Assembly (NCBI GenBank): GCA_016784125.1
Contig: JADHVI010000003.1
Span: 7,241-71,240 of the forward strand
Origin: Candidatus Woesearchaeota archaeon
GTDB lineage: Archaea; Nanobdellota; Nanobdellia; Woesearchaeales; GCA-2686295
Length of the DNA stretch: 64,000 nucleotides
Direction of reading: 5' to 3'
The notes below the pieces were generated by a model. It was not told where the DNA came from. It made no database searches and saw only the letters and a program-made list of their open reading frames with translations. Positions 62,664-64,000 of the stretch are shown one piece after another. The stretch's first letter is position 1, and each line of letters begins with the position of its first letter. Both the position numbers and the translations under genes were made by a program.

Positions 62664-63359
62664 ATGAAAAAGGCTGCAGTGTGTCTGAAGGATCATTCAA
62701 AGCTGAACTATATGAAAGGAGTTCTCAAAAATAAAGGGTTGACCTATGTTAGTAAAGATCCTCAATTTGTCATTGCATTTGGAGGGGATGGTTCATTACT
62801 CTATTCTGAAAGAAAGTTTCCAGGTGTGCCTAAACTCTTGATTAAAGATAGCAAGAGATGCAACAAATGTGTTGGTGACAACGAAGAAACAGTTCTAGAT
62901 CTTATTAGAATGAATGCTTACAAAATAACAGAGGCACCTAAAATTGAGGCTGTTTTCAATGGTGATCGAATGATTGCGATGAATGATATTGTTATTCGGA
63001 ATAAGACTCCAAACCAAGCTATCCGGATGGAAATCTGGATTAATGGTCATAAAAAACATGAGGAATTCTTAGGTGATGGATTAGTCATATCAACTCCTTA
63101 TGGTTCAACGGCTTACTTTAAATCAATAACTCGAACGAGCTTTGATGAAGGAATTGGAATTGCTTTTAATAATCCAATTGAGGAGCATGGACCAGTTTTT
63201 CTGGAAGGCTTAGAGAGGTTGAAAGTTAAGTTTTTAAGAGGAAGTGCTCAAATTACTGCTGATAATGATCCTAAGATTCGCACATTGAAACAAGGAGAAA
63301 CAATTAGTGTGGGAAAAGCAAAAGAAATTACTAAACTAATTAATATCAAAGGCTTTTAA
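62664..63359 (+). CDS. nadK: NAD kinase
   Basis: GGDG, ND, GDGLVISTPYGSTAY. Confidence 0.9.
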   Translation: MKKAAVCLKDHSKLNYMKGVLKNKGLTYVSKDPQFVIAFGGDGSLLYSERKFPGVPKLLIKDSKRCNKCVGDNEETVLDLIRMNAYKITEAPKIEAVFNGDRMIAMNDIVIRNKTPNQAIRMEIWINGHKKHEEFLGDGLVISTPYGSTAYFKSITRTSFDEGIGIAFNNPIEEHGPVFLEGLERLKVKFLRGSAQITADNDPKIRTLKQGETISVGKAKEITKLINIKGF

Positions 63360-63375
63360 TGTGGAGGTTCAAAAA

Positions 63376-63810
63376 ATGATTGCAACAATTAAACATGGCT
63401 GCCCAATATGTCGTAGTGATGTAAAAGGAGATAAGAAGAACAAATATTTCTGTAAGAAATGTAATATTCTATACGATGAAGATCACATAAGGAAAGGAAA
63501 AGTCGTAATCTCACAATCAGAGAAAGTCGAGACGTTAAAAGTCGAACGAGAAAAAGGATATCTCTATTTTATAGACAAACAAGGAGATGTATCCCGGGTT
63601 AAAAGAGCAAAGAGCAGAGCTGACAAAGGTGCTAAAATACATGAAAAAGTGAAGGAAGTTGGCTTGAAGAAAGAGAAAGGTTACTTGTACTACTTGGATT
63701 CTGAAGGAGATGTTTCACGTAGTCCTATGAATAGAGGGAAAAACTATACTCCTAATAAAGAAGTCCTTGTAGGAACAGAAACATTAACAGAGAAAAAACA
63801 TGATTCTTAA
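63376..63810 (+). CDS. Zn-ribbon plus tandem CC1-like (KxEKGYLY) nucleic-acid-binding protein
   Basis: CPIC...CKKC; two repeats EREKGYLYFIDKQGDVSR / KKEKGYLYYLDSEGDVSR; GGAGGT RBS. Confidence 0.7.
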   Translation: MIATIKHGCPICRSDVKGDKKNKYFCKKCNILYDEDHIRKGKVVISQSEKVETLKVEREKGYLYFIDKQGDVSRVKRAKSRADKGAKIHEKVKEVGLKKEKGYLYYLDSEGDVSRSPMNRGKNYTPNKEVLVGTETLTEKKHDS

Positions 63811-63819
63811 GGTGAACAA

Positions 63820-64000
63820 ATGTTTATACATAACATAAATCCGGTGCTAGTAAGCATTGGTGCTATAGAGATAAGATATTACAGTTTAGCTTATATCTTA
63901 GGATTTCTCCTAGCTTATTGGTTACTCTGGAAAGCAGCAGATAAGAAACTAATTGAAAACCTCACAAAAAAAGGTGTGGATGATTTAGTTGTCTACTTGA
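63820..64000 (+). CDS. lgt: prolipoprotein diacylglyceryl transferase, 5' part (truncated by window edge)
   Basis: MFIHNINPVLVSIGAIEIRYYSLAYILGFLLAYWLL, the characteristic Lgt N-terminus. Confidence 0.75.
   Translation, partial: MFIHNINPVLVSIGAIEIRYYSLAYILGFLLAYWLLWKAADKKLIENLTKKGVDDLVVYL

Overview
AT-rich archaeal chromosome segment, most consistent with a DPANN (Woesearchaeales-like) genome. Support: archaeal 16S/23S rRNA, TFE, proteasome-exosome superoperon, archaeal TyrRS/IleRS, an intron-containing tRNA and many leaderless TATA-ATG promoters. It holds a minus-strand rRNA operon (16S-tRNA-Ala-23S, no adjacent 5S), ftsZ, DNA ligase, uvrACB, sugar-nucleotide genes, pop5-psmA-SBDS-rrp4-rrp41-rrp42-rpo6, tyrS, ileS, NAD kinase and a partial lgt. 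Three signals not in the ORF track stand out. (1) A candidate RRE-dependent RiPP cluster (50.9-58.6 kb) built around an unannotated 29-aa precursor, MMKKKTLEYEKPTLKLIKNVGELNCCKTC, with PqqD/RRE, B12-radical SAM, a GT2-HprK-like kinase fusion, nucleotidyltransferase, methyltransferase and S26 peptidase, but no lasso cyclase. (2) A leaderless Ile-rich leader peptide (MAHTSIANIISIII) in a structured leader upstream of ileS, suggesting ribosome-mediated attenuation. (3) A dispersed family of tiny CAAAAA-loop-TTTTTG hairpin elements. These sit between duplicated gene starts (uvrA, SBDS, a Zn-finger gene, 16S rRNA), and one is inserted in frame in an MGMT domain. All family assignments come from motif recognition by eye, not from database searches.
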